This document shows, in pieces, positions 1 to 10,049 of a stretch of 64,000 nt of DNA. Where the stretch lies: assembly GCA_029856045.1 (NCBI GenBank), contig JAHQWG010000046.1, positions 1-64,000 of the forward strand. The letters are read 5' to 3'. A program made the translations under genes and the position numbers. The notes below the pieces were generated by a model. That model was not told where the DNA came from. It ran no database searches and saw nothing but the letters and a program-made list of their open reading frames with translations. Source of the stretch: Promethearchaeia archaeon (GTDB lineage: Archaea > Asgardarchaeota > Lokiarchaeia > Sigyniarchaeales > SOKP01). Within the stretch, counting starts at the first letter, position 1. Every line of letters begins with the position of its first letter.

Positions 1-1
1 A

Positions 2-853
2 ATGTTTTCAAAATTCTTTGACAATATGGACCCAATACCATTTCACTTACATCAGAGTGATGAACTTGCTGCTCTTGTTGGACAAAAAGGAAAACCAGAA
101 AGTTATTATTATCCTAAACAACTAAATAATCATTCTGGATACTTTCCCTATACTTATTTTGGTTTAAATCCAGGAACAACTAAAGATGATGTAAAGTTAT
201 GCTTGAAAAATTGGGACAAAGGTGATAATGGTATATTAAATTTTTCAAAGTCTTATAAGCTTAAACTTGAAACTGGATGGGATGTCCCTCCAGGAGTTTT
301 ACATGCACCAGGATCACTTCTCACTTATGAACTTCAGAAAGCATCAGATGTATATGCAATGTTTCAATCATTAGCAGGGGATAATCTTATTCCTAAAGAA
401 CTACTTGTGAAAGACGTACCTGAAGAATATAAAAAAGATCTTGATTTCATAGTTGATATGATAGATTGGGAACTAAATCTGGATCCAGATTTTCATAATA
501 ATAGATTTTTAGAACCGAAACCTGTTAAGCCTATTGAAGAAATGAGAGAAGAAGGATATGAAGAATATTGGATTGTATATAATTCTGACTTCTTTGCTGC
601 AAAAGAATTAACCATACATCCAAAAAAATCGATTATAATAAAAGAAAAGGGTGCATATGGATTAATCGTGATTCAGGGGCAAGGGAAATTTGGAGTATTG
701 GATATTGAATCGCCTGCAATAATTAGGTTTGGGCAGATGACTAATGATGAATTATTTATTACTTTTAATGCTGCCCTTAGTGGAATTGAAATAAAAAATG
801 AAAGCAATTCAGATGACCTAGTAATTCTTAAACACATAGGACCTGAAGTTTAA
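2..853 (+). CDS. Cupin protein, mannose-6-phosphate isomerase-like (probably 5'-truncated by the window edge)
   Basis: Cupin metal motifs PFHLHQ...KPE and VPPGVLHAPG...YELQKASD. Confidence 0.65.
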   Translation: MFSKFFDNMDPIPFHLHQSDELAALVGQKGKPESYYYPKQLNNHSGYFPYTYFGLNPGTTKDDVKLCLKNWDKGDNGILNFSKSYKLKLETGWDVPPGVLHAPGSLLTYELQKASDVYAMFQSLAGDNLIPKELLVKDVPEEYKKDLDFIVDMIDWELNLDPDFHNNRFLEPKPVKPIEEMREEGYEEYWIVYNSDFFAAKELTIHPKKSIIIKEKGAYGLIVIQGQGKFGVLDIESPAIIRFGQMTNDELFITFNAALSGIEIKNESNSDDLVILKHIGPEV

Positions 854-899
854 TTCACTTGAAATATAAAATTTATGACCTTTAATTTTAGAAAATATC

Positions 900-1481
900 T
901 TATTTTATTTTTACAACTACAGTATTCGAAGCATTTTGCATAATTCTAAGTCTATTTCCCTTAATATCATAGTTCGCAATATACCCAACAATTAAATCAA
1001 TTAAAAATAGTAAGGTGCTTCCTCTTAAAAGGTTATTAATTGTATACTTTTCCTTGGATGTTGTTTCAAATGAATTCGCATCTACTGTTCTTAAGCCTAA
1101 AATCCACTTACCAATAGTCTGTCCTTTGTTATATGTTTCAAATAACCAATAATAACTAAAACCAACAATCCAATTAAATAAATCCATAAAGTCTGGAAGA
1201 AAAAAGTCTAATAAAGTCTGATTTCTGTTTATTGGGAATGGTAAAGAGATTATAAATCCAATTATGGTGATAAACATCATATCAACAATAAATGCGATTA
1301 AACGCTCCCAAGATCTAGGAAAAATTATTCCTTTTCCAGGAATTCTAGCACTTTTTTTAATGTTAATATAATATTCTTCTTTCTTTCGACGAATTCTTTC
1401 TTCTTCAGTTATTTCATAACCACAAACACAAAATTCAACTCCAGAATTTAATCGCGCTCCACACTTAGGACAATATTCCAT
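900..1481 (-). CDS. Zinc-ribbon plus RDD family membrane protein
   Basis: N-terminal CPKC-x10-CVC; RDD motifs WERLIAFIVD and GQTIGKWILGLRTV. Confidence 0.85.
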   Translation of the reverse strand: MEYCPKCGARLNSGVEFCVCGYEITEEERIRRKKEEYYINIKKSARIPGKGIIFPRSWERLIAFIVDMMFITIIGFIISLPFPINRNQTLLDFFLPDFMDLFNWIVGFSYYWLFETYNKGQTIGKWILGLRTVDANSFETTSKEKYTINNLLRGSTLLFLIDLIVGYIANYDIKGNRLRIMQNASNTVVVKIK

Positions 1482-1650
1482 TACATTTTATTCCTCTTTT
1501 AAAAACCTTATAATAATTCAATTTTATTTGAAATTTTAGTTTTATGATATAAAATTATTTGTAAAGAAATATTCGTCTAAAATTCAATGTCCATATTAAG
1601 TTTTTATTACAAAATCAAAAAAAAGGAAATTATATAAAAAAAAAATTTTT

Positions 1651-2226
1651 TTATTTAACTTTAATAACAACTGTTTTTGAAATATTTTGCATTATTCTTA
1701 AACGCTTTTTTTCATCACCAGAATTCGCTAAGATACCAATTATAAAATCAAATATTTGAAAACCAGTCCCTCTAAGAAGATTATTGATTGCATATTTGTC
1801 TGGTGTTGCTATAGCAAGTGTTTCCTCATCGACCGCCCTTAAACCTAACGCCATTTTTCCAATGGTTTGGCCTTTATTATAAGCTTCTAATAAAAAGAAA
1901 TACACAAACCCAATTAACCAGTTAATTAAATCGTTATATGGTAAATCAAAGGGGATACCCCAGCTCCATCTGGGAATTGGAAGAAAGATACTTATCGGCC
2001 AACCTATAGCGTTAATAATAAGGAGATCAATAATGAATGCAAAAAATCTATCCCAAAACTCTGCATATTTAACTTCTTTTACAGATTGTCCTTCTTGAAT
2101 TTGTGCAACAGTTTGAGAGCGAGATTCTTCTACTTTTTTTATTTTCTCCGAATTTATTTCAGATCCACATTTTGGACAAAATTTGAGATTTTCACGTATT
2201 TTTTCTCCACATTTTGGACATAACAT
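1651..2226 (-). CDS. Zinc-ribbon plus RDD family membrane protein (paralog of 900..1481)
   Basis: CPKC-x10-CPKC; WDRFFAFIID and GQTIGKMALGLRAV. Confidence 0.85.
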   Translation of the reverse strand: MLCPKCGEKIRENLKFCPKCGSEINSEKIKKVEESRSQTVAQIQEGQSVKEVKYAEFWDRFFAFIIDLLIINAIGWPISIFLPIPRWSWGIPFDLPYNDLINWLIGFVYFFLLEAYNKGQTIGKMALGLRAVDEETLAIATPDKYAINNLLRGTGFQIFDFIIGILANSGDEKKRLRIMQNISKTVVIKVK

Positions 2227-2407
2227 TTTTAATTATCCTCTAAATTCTTATTTGGATAGAAATTATGAAACATATTAAACTTATTATAGTCCAATATTAA
2301 TCAAATTCAAATTTTGTGTATATATTTAACCTTAATAGAGAAATTTTTATTAAAAAATAATCCTTATAAAATAAAATTTTTAAAATATTTTTAATTAGAG
2401 AAGAATT

Positions 2408-2653
2408 ATGATGAGAAAGATTCCCGTATCTATTGTTGGCGTAAGAAATTTATTTTCTAGTTTAATTCAAGGCATATTTAGTGAAGGGAAAGGATTACTT
2501 CATAAAAATTTAGCTGGATATAAATTCTCAGATATAGAGATAGTATCAGCTATCGATATTGATTCAAGAAAAGTAGGGAAGAATCTTTCTAAAGCAATTT
2601 TTGCTGAGCCCAATGTTGCCTTAAAATTTAATTTGGATATATTTAAAATTTGA
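2408..2653 (+). pseudogene. ino1: Truncated myo-inositol-1-phosphate synthase (N-terminal remnant)
   Basis: IPVSIVGVRNLFSSLIQG...DIEIVSAIDIDSRKVGKNLSKAIFAEPN resembles the Ino1 N-terminus (IVGVGNCASSLVQG...AFDVD..KVGKDLSEAIF); only 81 aa and the Rossmann Gly is replaced by Arg. Confidence 0.75.
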
Positions 2654-2678
2654 GAGCTTTCAACAATAAAATTAAATT

Positions 2679-3809
2679 TTATTTACTAGAGTTATTATTT
2701 AAAGAAGGAACAAATTCAAACGTTTTAAGCAGTATTTTTTTTGCATCATGAAAAGCAGATGTATCAATTGCAGTATTTAAATCCATATAAGATTTTAATT
2801 CATTTTTATATTTCTCAATAAATTGGTCCATGAATAACTGCGTACCTTTTTTAAAAAAATTGGTACTCTTATTCACTGTAAGTAGAATAGCAAATCCATA
2901 TTCTCTATTATATTCTAAAATTATTTCTCGATCTTTTAATATTATCGAAGTAATCTGGTCTTTTGCAGTACTAAATTCTGAGAGAATATGATTTATTCCG
3001 ATAAGAACAGCCCCCTTTATGGTTGAAGTATCTTTTCTCTCTCTTTTTTCAAAATCATAACTAAACAACATTATCCCCGATTTATGAAAAACTACAAATT
3101 CATAAGCAGTATTGAAGAATGTTAAATATTTAGTATAATATTTTAAAAAAACATAGAAACTAAAAAGAACTCCAATCCAATTAAACAAAAGAGAAAAACT
3201 TGAAAATAAATACGGATTTAAATATTGTAGAATTAGATAAGATATTATCATTAAAATAATCATTGTATTAGGAATTACATAATAAACCCTTAATCTTCTC
3301 TTTTTTATTTCAAATTTTAATACAGATAAAAAATTATAATTAAGTTTTAGAAGAATAAAAATTAAGAGAATTAGTCCGCTAATAAGGTAATTAAAACTTA
3401 TTTCTACTTCATAGTATGAAAGTGAATCAAATATTGCTGTAGAAATAATGAAAGTTTCATTCAGAAGAGTAAGTGAAATAATGTAGCCACTTAGGATAAA
3501 AATTATTAAATTAAGAAATATATTAAATCTTTTAAGAGAGAAAGTCTCAATTCCAATAACTATCAAAATTCCAGAACATATAAGTAAATTGGAACTCATT
3601 CTCCATAACAAAAGTGTAAAGTCTTCATTAAAAAATGCTATTAAACTAAGATATTTAAGTAAGGGATAGATAATTCCATAATTAATAAGAAAAATAGTTG
3701 ATACAAAGAGGAATTTAATTTTTAAATTATGAAATCTCTTTATGTGAGAATAAATTGTTATAACTGAGATAACTATACTTAAAATTACTCCGATTAAATA
3801 AATGATCAT
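2679..3809 (-). CDS. Multi-pass (~7 TM) membrane protein with C-terminal longin/roadblock-like domain
   Basis: About 7 hydrophobic segments in aa 1-230, then a soluble domain FVVFHKSGIMLFSYDF...GAVLIGINHILSE...FAILLTVNK...FMDQFIEKY. Confidence 0.6.
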   Translation of the reverse strand: MIIYLIGVILSIVISVITIYSHIKRFHNLKIKFLFVSTIFLINYGIIYPLLKYLSLIAFFNEDFTLLLWRMSSNLLICSGILIVIGIETFSLKRFNIFLNLIIFILSGYIISLTLLNETFIISTAIFDSLSYYEVEISFNYLISGLILLIFILLKLNYNFLSVLKFEIKKRRLRVYYVIPNTMIILMIISYLILQYLNPYLFSSFSLLFNWIGVLFSFYVFLKYYTKYLTFFNTAYEFVVFHKSGIMLFSYDFEKRERKDTSTIKGAVLIGINHILSEFSTAKDQITSIILKDREIILEYNREYGFAILLTVNKSTNFFKKGTQLFMDQFIEKYKNELKSYMDLNTAIDTSAFHDAKKILLKTFEFVPSLNNNSSK

Positions 3810-4023
3810 CTTTCTTTACGTAATTGGACTACTTTACAATATTATGATAGATTTCTATATATTATTAAGATATATCATATATTTAAATAAATGCATTATA
3901 AATTTTTTTATAGCTTTAATCATTTTTATTCTAAATTGCTAAAAGACAAAAGATTTTTGAGTGTTTTCATTAAAAAAAATATTAAAATTTTAAAATGAAT
4001 TAAAAAAATTAAAAAATTTCATC

Positions 4024-4968
4024 ATGAAAGTTGCAATTACAGGAATATCATCCTTTCTTGCATCAGAATTAGTTCCTTCAATCGAGTCTGATAAAGAAAT
4101 TACTGAGATTTTAGGATTAGACATAATAGTCCCCAAATATACTTCATCAAAGATCAAATTCGTTAAAAGAGATGTCCGAGATAAGAAAATATTTGAAGAT
4201 TTAAAAGGATATGATGCAATCATACATCTAGCGTTTATTGTAAGTCCAATATCTAATAGGAGAGAGATGTATTCCATAAATTTGGATGGAAGTAAAAATG
4301 TTTTCAATTGCGCAATAAAAGCTGGTGTTAAAAAAATTATTCATGCAAGCTCAATTGCTGCCTATGGTGCTTTTCCAGAAAACCCAATTCCTATTACAGA
4401 AGAACATCCAATTAGATTAATGAAAAAACATTTTTATTATAATGAAACAAAATATTATGTAGAAAAATATCTGGATGAGCTTTCAAAAAAATACCCAGAT
4501 GTAATTATTACAAGAATTCGTCCTAGTATTTTTTTAGGTCCCAATATTAACAATTTCTTTCGAACTTATTTTCTTGGTAAAAGAATTTATACATTTTCGC
4601 CAGATGTTTTGGTGCAATTTACTTGGATTAATGATGTTACGGAAGCCTTTTATTTAGCTTTAAAGAAAGATGTCTCTGGAGCATTTAATATTGGAGGTGA
4701 TAACCCTATAAGTTCAAAGCAAATTGCTGAAAGATTAGGTATTAAATGTGTTAAATTCCCATACTATTTTGGATTATTCTTAATAAACACTTTATATAAA
4801 CTTCATATACTAAGAAATTTAACACCTGGTTGGATACGTGCTACAAGATATCCAATAATTGTTGATTCAAGCAGGGCAAAACGAATTTTGGGCTGGACTC
4901 CAAAATATGATACTTATGGATCTGTAAAAGCGTTATATGATGCTCTTAAGGAGAGTGGAGAAATTTAA
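4024..4968 (+). CDS. NAD-dependent epimerase/dehydratase (extended SDR)
   Basis: VAITGISSFLA, IIHLAF, SSIAAYG, YNETK (YxxxK). Confidence 0.9.
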   Translation: MKVAITGISSFLASELVPSIESDKEITEILGLDIIVPKYTSSKIKFVKRDVRDKKIFEDLKGYDAIIHLAFIVSPISNRREMYSINLDGSKNVFNCAIKAGVKKIIHASSIAAYGAFPENPIPITEEHPIRLMKKHFYYNETKYYVEKYLDELSKKYPDVIITRIRPSIFLGPNINNFFRTYFLGKRIYTFSPDVLVQFTWINDVTEAFYLALKKDVSGAFNIGGDNPISSKQIAERLGIKCVKFPYYFGLFLINTLYKLHILRNLTPGWIRATRYPIIVDSSRAKRILGWTPKYDTYGSVKALYDALKESGEI

Positions 4969-4973
4969 AAATT

Positions 4974-6035
4974 TTATTTTGATTTCTTTTTTCCTTCGAG
5001 GATAGCCATTCCCATTTCAATCACCTTGTTATAGGGCTCCTCTCCGTCTTTTCTTAATTGTAAAGTTATCGCTTCCTCAGGACAAACTCTATAACATAGT
5101 CCGCAACCAAGGCATTTTTCTCTATTTACAATAGCAATATCTTCTAGATCGATTGCTCCAACTGGACATCTTTCCACACAGGATCCACAACCAATACATT
5201 TTTCTGGATCAATAATTGATTCAAACATTGCATTCATATATTTATGTTTATCGTGCCCCATTTTTGTTATCCCTTGCATAGATGCGCAACAGCAAGGACA
5301 ACAATTGCATATATTAGATAAATGTTTAGAATTAGCACTAGCATGAACCAAACCAGCCTCATCAGCTTCTTCTATAATTTTTATTGCTTCCTCTGCTGTT
5401 ATTTCTCGACCTATACCATTTTCGATATAATATTCTGCTGCTACTCCGAAGCTAAGGCATGTCTCTATAGGATAATCACAGCCTTCTCCATTTAACCTCG
5501 CTTCCTTACGGCAAATACAATCCGTGACAGAAATTATTCTAGCTTTTTTAATGCTCTCCTTAAGTTTATGATATGGGTAGAGAGTAGTGTTTATAGGGAT
5601 TGTTTCATCTACTGGAATAACTTTAAAACCTGGAACATTGCTAACACCAATTTCATTTAAATATGCAGTATCATAATATTCTTTATACAATTTGGCAAGT
5701 TCCTTATCGATTTTTTTAACGGAGTATTCATATAAACCGATCATGAAAGGTGCAGCATTATAAAGCGTTCTTCCTTCCCGGTGAACTCGAAAGATAAGTC
5801 CTTTTTTCGCCAAATGCTCAAATTTTTCTTCCAATTCTTTTTCTTCCAGATTATGTCGTCGCGTTATTCGAGCAACTGTTTCTGGAATGTGTGTTAACAA
5901 AGGAACCAATTTTGCTTCATTATCTGTAAAAAGTTTCTTTAATATCTTAATTTCTATTCCAGATGGTGTTTTGGGAAAACCTAATGGGAATTGATCTAAA
6001 AATTCTTGTAACTTCTCATAAACTTCTTCATTCAA
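4974..6035 (-). CDS. Fe-S protein: N-terminal wHTH-like region, Cys-rich core, C-terminal 2x[4Fe-4S] ferredoxin domain
   Basis: CICR, CDYPIETC, ICNCCPCCC, CIGCGSCVERCP, CLGCGLCYRVCP. Confidence 0.85.
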   Translation of the reverse strand: MNEEVYEKLQEFLDQFPLGFPKTPSGIEIKILKKLFTDNEAKLVPLLTHIPETVARITRRHNLEEKELEEKFEHLAKKGLIFRVHREGRTLYNAAPFMIGLYEYSVKKIDKELAKLYKEYYDTAYLNEIGVSNVPGFKVIPVDETIPINTTLYPYHKLKESIKKARIISVTDCICRKEARLNGEGCDYPIETCLSFGVAAEYYIENGIGREITAEEAIKIIEEADEAGLVHASANSKHLSNICNCCPCCCASMQGITKMGHDKHKYMNAMFESIIDPEKCIGCGSCVERCPVGAIDLEDIAIVNREKCLGCGLCYRVCPEEAITLQLRKDGEEPYNKVIEMGMAILEGKKKSK

Positions 6036-7843
6036 GCTTTTTTTACACCGCGTTTATATTGTAAATTCATACTATATAAAATAAAAAAATCAAAAATAAA
6101 ATTATAGACAAATAAAAGAGGAAAAAAATAAGCATTCAATAAGAATCCTAATAAAGTTAAATCCCTGACTTTCCTTTTTTCATGAATTATTTTAGGGAAT
6201 AATTTAGTTATCAATTTTTTTTCATTTTTCTCACTAACAATTCCCTTTCGGTTGAATCCTTGTTGATATTGATTTATTCTAACTAAAGAGCGGAAATCTC
6301 TATAAATCCAAATAAACCAGCCAGCTATATAATCTTTTGAATTAAGTGTGCGAATTGTGTATTCAATGGTGTGAACTTGTTTTTCCTCACTAAATTTAAC
6401 TTGTTTATTCCAACCCTGTTTAAATCCATATTTTGCACCAGCTCCAAATTCTGTAAATATCCAGGGTTTTTTTGGTGATAAAGACCTCATAGCGTCTGCC
6501 ATAAAATTAAGTTGATTAACTCTCGCATAATACCATCCAAGATAAACATTTACTGCAGCAATATCAGCCTTCCTATGAGTTAAATCAATGAAAAACTTAT
6601 ATGAAACATAGGTTACAAGTCTTGTATCATCATGCATTCTTACCCATTCCATTAAACGCCTCATGAATCGTGAGCAGTTTGGTTGTTGGATTGGAATTTC
6701 GTTTCCTACACTCCACCAGATAACACTTGGATGATTATAATCCCTCTTAATTAATTTTTTTAACATTTTCGCAGCTAACTTAAATGTCTTAGGATTTCTA
6801 AAATCACAAAAGCCCCAAAGAGGAATTTCCTCTAAAATTAATATCCCTAACTTATCAGCTGCATTCATTAGTTTTTCATCATGAGAGTAATGAGCTGTTC
6901 TTAAAGCATTGAATCCGAAAGATTTCATATTCTTGATATCTTCTTCACGCTTTTCATAAGGAATAGTTCTTCCATACGGTATATATTCCTCGTGTAAGGA
7001 AGCGCCTTTAATTTTAATTCTTTTTTTATTTAAATAAAGATAAATACCCTTGGTTTCGATTTGTCTGATTCCAAATTTGGTTTCAAATAAAATTTCTTTA
7101 TTTTTTCCGTTATCTATTGATTCTAAAACCAATTTATATAATTTTGGTGAATCTGGAGACCATAATTTAGGATTAATTAATGTAATTTCAATAAAATTTT
7201 GATTTGGTTTAATTCCAGAAATTATTGGCATGTTTTCATTTTTCTCATTTGGTTCAATTATAGACCATTTGAAATTTAAAGACCCTTTAATTCTGTAAGA
7301 AATCTGAATTATGGCTTTCTTTCGTGAGGGTAGAAGCGTCTTAATTCTTACTTTCTCTAATCGATTTTTCTTTAAAATAATTAAATTGACATCCCGATAA
7401 ATACCACCCCAATTAAACCAATCAAAAAATAGACCAGGAATTCCATCTTTTCTTCTAATATTATCTACTCTAACTACTAAAAAATTAGATTTAACTTTTA
7501 ATAGAGTTGTTTTTTTAATTTTAAATCTAAAGGGAAGAAAACCTCCTTCATTATCACCAAGAAATTCATTATTTAACCATACTTCAGTGAAATAATTACT
7601 TCCTTCGAATTCAATAAAAACATCCACATCCTTAATCTGTTGATCAAAATCAAATAGAAAATAATGCCAAAAAATACCCTCAAAATTCTCATACGCTTTC
7701 AGAATGTTAAAACTAATAGGGATTTTTATTTCAATTAAACTCTTTTTAGATTCAAAATTTTCATATTTAAACCAATTTTGATTCCTACCAATATCTTCTT
7801 TATCAACTTCACAAAACCAATTCCCATTTAAAGAGATTTTCAT
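6032..7843 (-). CDS. Glycoside hydrolase family 2 (beta-glucuronidase/beta-galactosidase-like)
   Basis: DWFNWGGIYRDV, LRTAHY, NHPSVIWWSVGNE (acid/base), TEFGA (nucleophile). Confidence 0.9.
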   Translation of the reverse strand: MKISLNGNWFCEVDKEDIGRNQNWFKYENFESKKSLIEIKIPISFNILKAYENFEGIFWHYFLFDFDQQIKDVDVFIEFEGSNYFTEVWLNNEFLGDNEGGFLPFRFKIKKTTLLKVKSNFLVVRVDNIRRKDGIPGLFFDWFNWGGIYRDVNLIILKKNRLEKVRIKTLLPSRKKAIIQISYRIKGSLNFKWSIIEPNEKNENMPIISGIKPNQNFIEITLINPKLWSPDSPKLYKLVLESIDNGKNKEILFETKFGIRQIETKGIYLYLNKKRIKIKGASLHEEYIPYGRTIPYEKREEDIKNMKSFGFNALRTAHYSHDEKLMNAADKLGILILEEIPLWGFCDFRNPKTFKLAAKMLKKLIKRDYNHPSVIWWSVGNEIPIQQPNCSRFMRRLMEWVRMHDDTRLVTYVSYKFFIDLTHRKADIAAVNVYLGWYYARVNQLNFMADAMRSLSPKKPWIFTEFGAGAKYGFKQGWNKQVKFSEEKQVHTIEYTIRTLNSKDYIAGWFIWIYRDFRSLVRINQYQQGFNRKGIVSEKNEKKLITKLFPKIIHEKRKVRDLTLLGFLLNAYFFPLLFVYNFIFDFFILYSMNLQYKRGVKKA

Positions 7844-7952
7844 AATTATCTGCTATTGAAAGAAATAAAATTATCAACTTTATATAGAATTAAATATCCT
7901 AAAATTAATTAATATACAATAATATTATTCAACAAAAAAAATTAAATAGAAA

Positions 7953-8915
7953 TTGTTTGTAATGGAAAAAAAAGAAAGGATTTTTTTAACTCAAATCATC
8001 AGTCTTGTAATATTAGTTGTTCTTATTTTGGTAATTTTATCAACCCCTTCTCTTTTTGAATTCACTTGGAACGAAATGTTGAGGGATCTTATACCTGGAG
8101 CAGAATATTTCTTTCGGATTGTCACTGAATTAGGAGGTACTTACGTTTATTTTGCAATCTTTTTCATTGTATTTTGGGGGATTAATAAAAATGGTGCTAA
8201 ATCTTTATTTATTATTTATATATCATCAAATTTTGTGAATTGGTATGCGAAATCAATAATTGCAAATGAAAGACCTCCTCAATCTGAATGGATTCTAATT
8301 GGAGCATCTCATCTAAGCACACCTAGTGGACATGCTATGAGTTCAAGTGTTTTTTGGGGATTCTCTGCCATGCAAATTAAAAAATGGTTAATGTGGATTA
8401 TCTCTGTAATCATAATCATTCTTGTTGGATTATCTAGAATATACCTCGGGGTTCATTGGTTAGGAGATATTCTTACCGGATGGCTTTTTGGTACAATTAT
8501 ACTTATTCTGATCTGGATATTCGATGAACCTCTACGTTCTCGTTTAACAAGATATAAACCATTCATTATTTATCTTGGAATGGCTATTTTTGGTTTTATT
8601 GTAATGATTCTCACTGAAATATTCTTTTCTCAAACATCTAACTTTGGAACTCCCGGTGGACAAATGATTGGTTTAGGAATAGGACTCGCACTTGAAAATA
8701 AATATGTGGATTTTAAAACAAACCACGAATCTGGTGAAAAATGGCGAGTAGCTTTAAGGGTATTGATTGGATTAATTATAATTCTAATCATCTTTTTAGG
8801 TTTAGATGCAATAATTCCATCGGAAATCTTTTGGTTAGTTGCAATTGAATATATAGTGTTGTTTATTGTGGGAATATTCCTCTGGCCATTGATATTTAAA
8901 AAAATTGGCTTGTGA
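7953..8915 (+). CDS. PAP2 family membrane phosphatase
   Basis: KSIIANERP, PSGH and SRIYLGVHWLGD motifs; multiple TM helices. Confidence 0.9.
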   Translation: MFVMEKKERIFLTQIISLVILVVLILVILSTPSLFEFTWNEMLRDLIPGAEYFFRIVTELGGTYVYFAIFFIVFWGINKNGAKSLFIIYISSNFVNWYAKSIIANERPPQSEWILIGASHLSTPSGHAMSSSVFWGFSAMQIKKWLMWIISVIIIILVGLSRIYLGVHWLGDILTGWLFGTIILILIWIFDEPLRSRLTRYKPFIIYLGMAIFGFIVMILTEIFFSQTSNFGTPGGQMIGLGIGLALENKYVDFKTNHESGEKWRVALRVLIGLIIILIIFLGLDAIIPSEIFWLVAIEYIVLFIVGIFLWPLIFKKIGL

Positions 8916-8943
8916 TTTAATAATAATAAAAAAGAAATAAGAG

Positions 8944-9044
8944 GGCCTAGTAGGGGAATTGAACCCCTATCTAAGGATTCACAGTCCTCAATAATAATCA
9001 TTGAGCAATGAATACTCATTTCTAACCGTTGTACAAACTAGGCC
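8944..9044 (-). tRNA. tRNA-His(GUG) with encoded G-1 and a 28-nt intron at non-canonical position 22/23 (intron 8994..9021)
   Basis: Minus strand: G-GCCTAGT...ACTAGGC-C acceptor; anticodon arm GAGGA-CTGTGAA-TCCTT; T arm AGGGG-TTCAATT-CCCCT; the D stem GTAC/GTAT forms only after removing 28 nt. Confidence 0.9.
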
Positions 9045-9076
9045 ATTTTTTGAAAAGTAATGGATGAAAGCTAGGA

Positions 9077-9089
9077 TTTTTAATCTTTC
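9077..9089 (-). promoter_or_regulatory. Candidate BRE/TATA promoter of tRNA-His
   Basis: Minus strand GAAAG-ATTAAAAA, ~33-45 nt upstream of G-1. Confidence 0.4.
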
Positions 9090-9182
9090 ATTCTAAAAAA
9101 AATTTGCGTGAAAATTTAAAGAAAAAAATAAAATTAAAAATATAAGATTATTATTTTCCTTCTTCAAAAAGAAAAAAAAATA

Positions 9183-10049
9183 TTAATAGTTCCTTGGAAG
9201 TTGCATAATTTCTTTGGCTTCATCCAAATCTGCGATTTCCCGATCCAATTCTTTTGCTAGGCGAACACATTTTTCTACCATTTGTTTATTACTCTCAGCA
9301 AGTATCCCCTTCGAAATATAAATATTATCTTCTAAACCACATCTTACATTACCTCCTAAAAGGATAGCTTGAGTAATTAACCGCCATTGATGTCTGCCAA
9401 TCCCAGTGATACACCATGTAGCCCTTGGAATCTTTTCGATAAGATTCTTCATATACATGAGATTTTCCATTGTTGGAGCCGCTCCTCCTAACACGCCTAG
9501 TACAATATTATAATTTAAAGGATCATGGAAATGTCCTTGGTCCCTTACAAAGAGGATATTATTTATTTGTCCAACGTCATATACTTCAAATTCAGGGGCG
9601 GTTCCCGCTTCTTTAAATGTATCTCCAAAATGTCCCAAAGTTTCAAATTTATTTGGAAATATAATTTCCTTTAAAATTGTTGTTCCTCTTGCAAGAGCAA
9701 AATTCATTGATCCAGAATTTAGGGAACCCATATCAGGTTTGCATATAGGTATATGTCCCAGTCTTTGCTCAAGAGTCATGCCTGGAGCCCCCCCAGTAGA
9801 TAAACATAGAAGTACATCACATTTTTCTTTTACTCTTTTGACAATGTCCTGAAACACTTCAGGAGAAGCAGTTGGTGTGCCATCAGGCATTCTAGCATGT
9901 ATATGGACCATTGTAGCCCCAGCTTCATAACAAGCATAAGCGTCATTTGCTAATTCTTCCGGAGTATGTGGAAGCGCTGGATTTTGTGCTCGCGAAGTGA
10001 GTGAACCAGTCAAAGCGCAAGTTATAACTAATTTTTCCAATATTATCAC
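9183..10049 (-). CDS. kce: Beta-keto acid cleavage enzyme (Kce/BKACE, DUF849); likely start TTG at 10040
   Basis: ITCALTG, NPALPHTPEE, HIH metal motif, STGG, RCGLEDN. Confidence 0.9.
   Translation of the reverse strand: MIILEKLVITCALTGSLTSRAQNPALPHTPEELANDAYACYEAGATMVHIHARMPDGTPTASPEVFQDIVKRVKEKCDVLLCLSTGGAPGMTLEQRLGHIPICKPDMGSLNSGSMNFALARGTTILKEIIFPNKFETLGHFGDTFKEAGTAPEFEVYDVGQINNILFVRDQGHFHDPLNYNIVLGVLGGAAPTMENLMYMKNLIEKIPRATWCITGIGRHQWRLITQAILLGGNVRCGLEDNIYISKGILAESNKQMVEKCVRLAKELDREIADLDEAKEIMQLPRNY

Noticed and set aside
8630-9019. 129-aa minus-strand ORF
   Set aside because: Antisense to the PAP2 gene and overlaps the tRNA-His gene; shadow ORF
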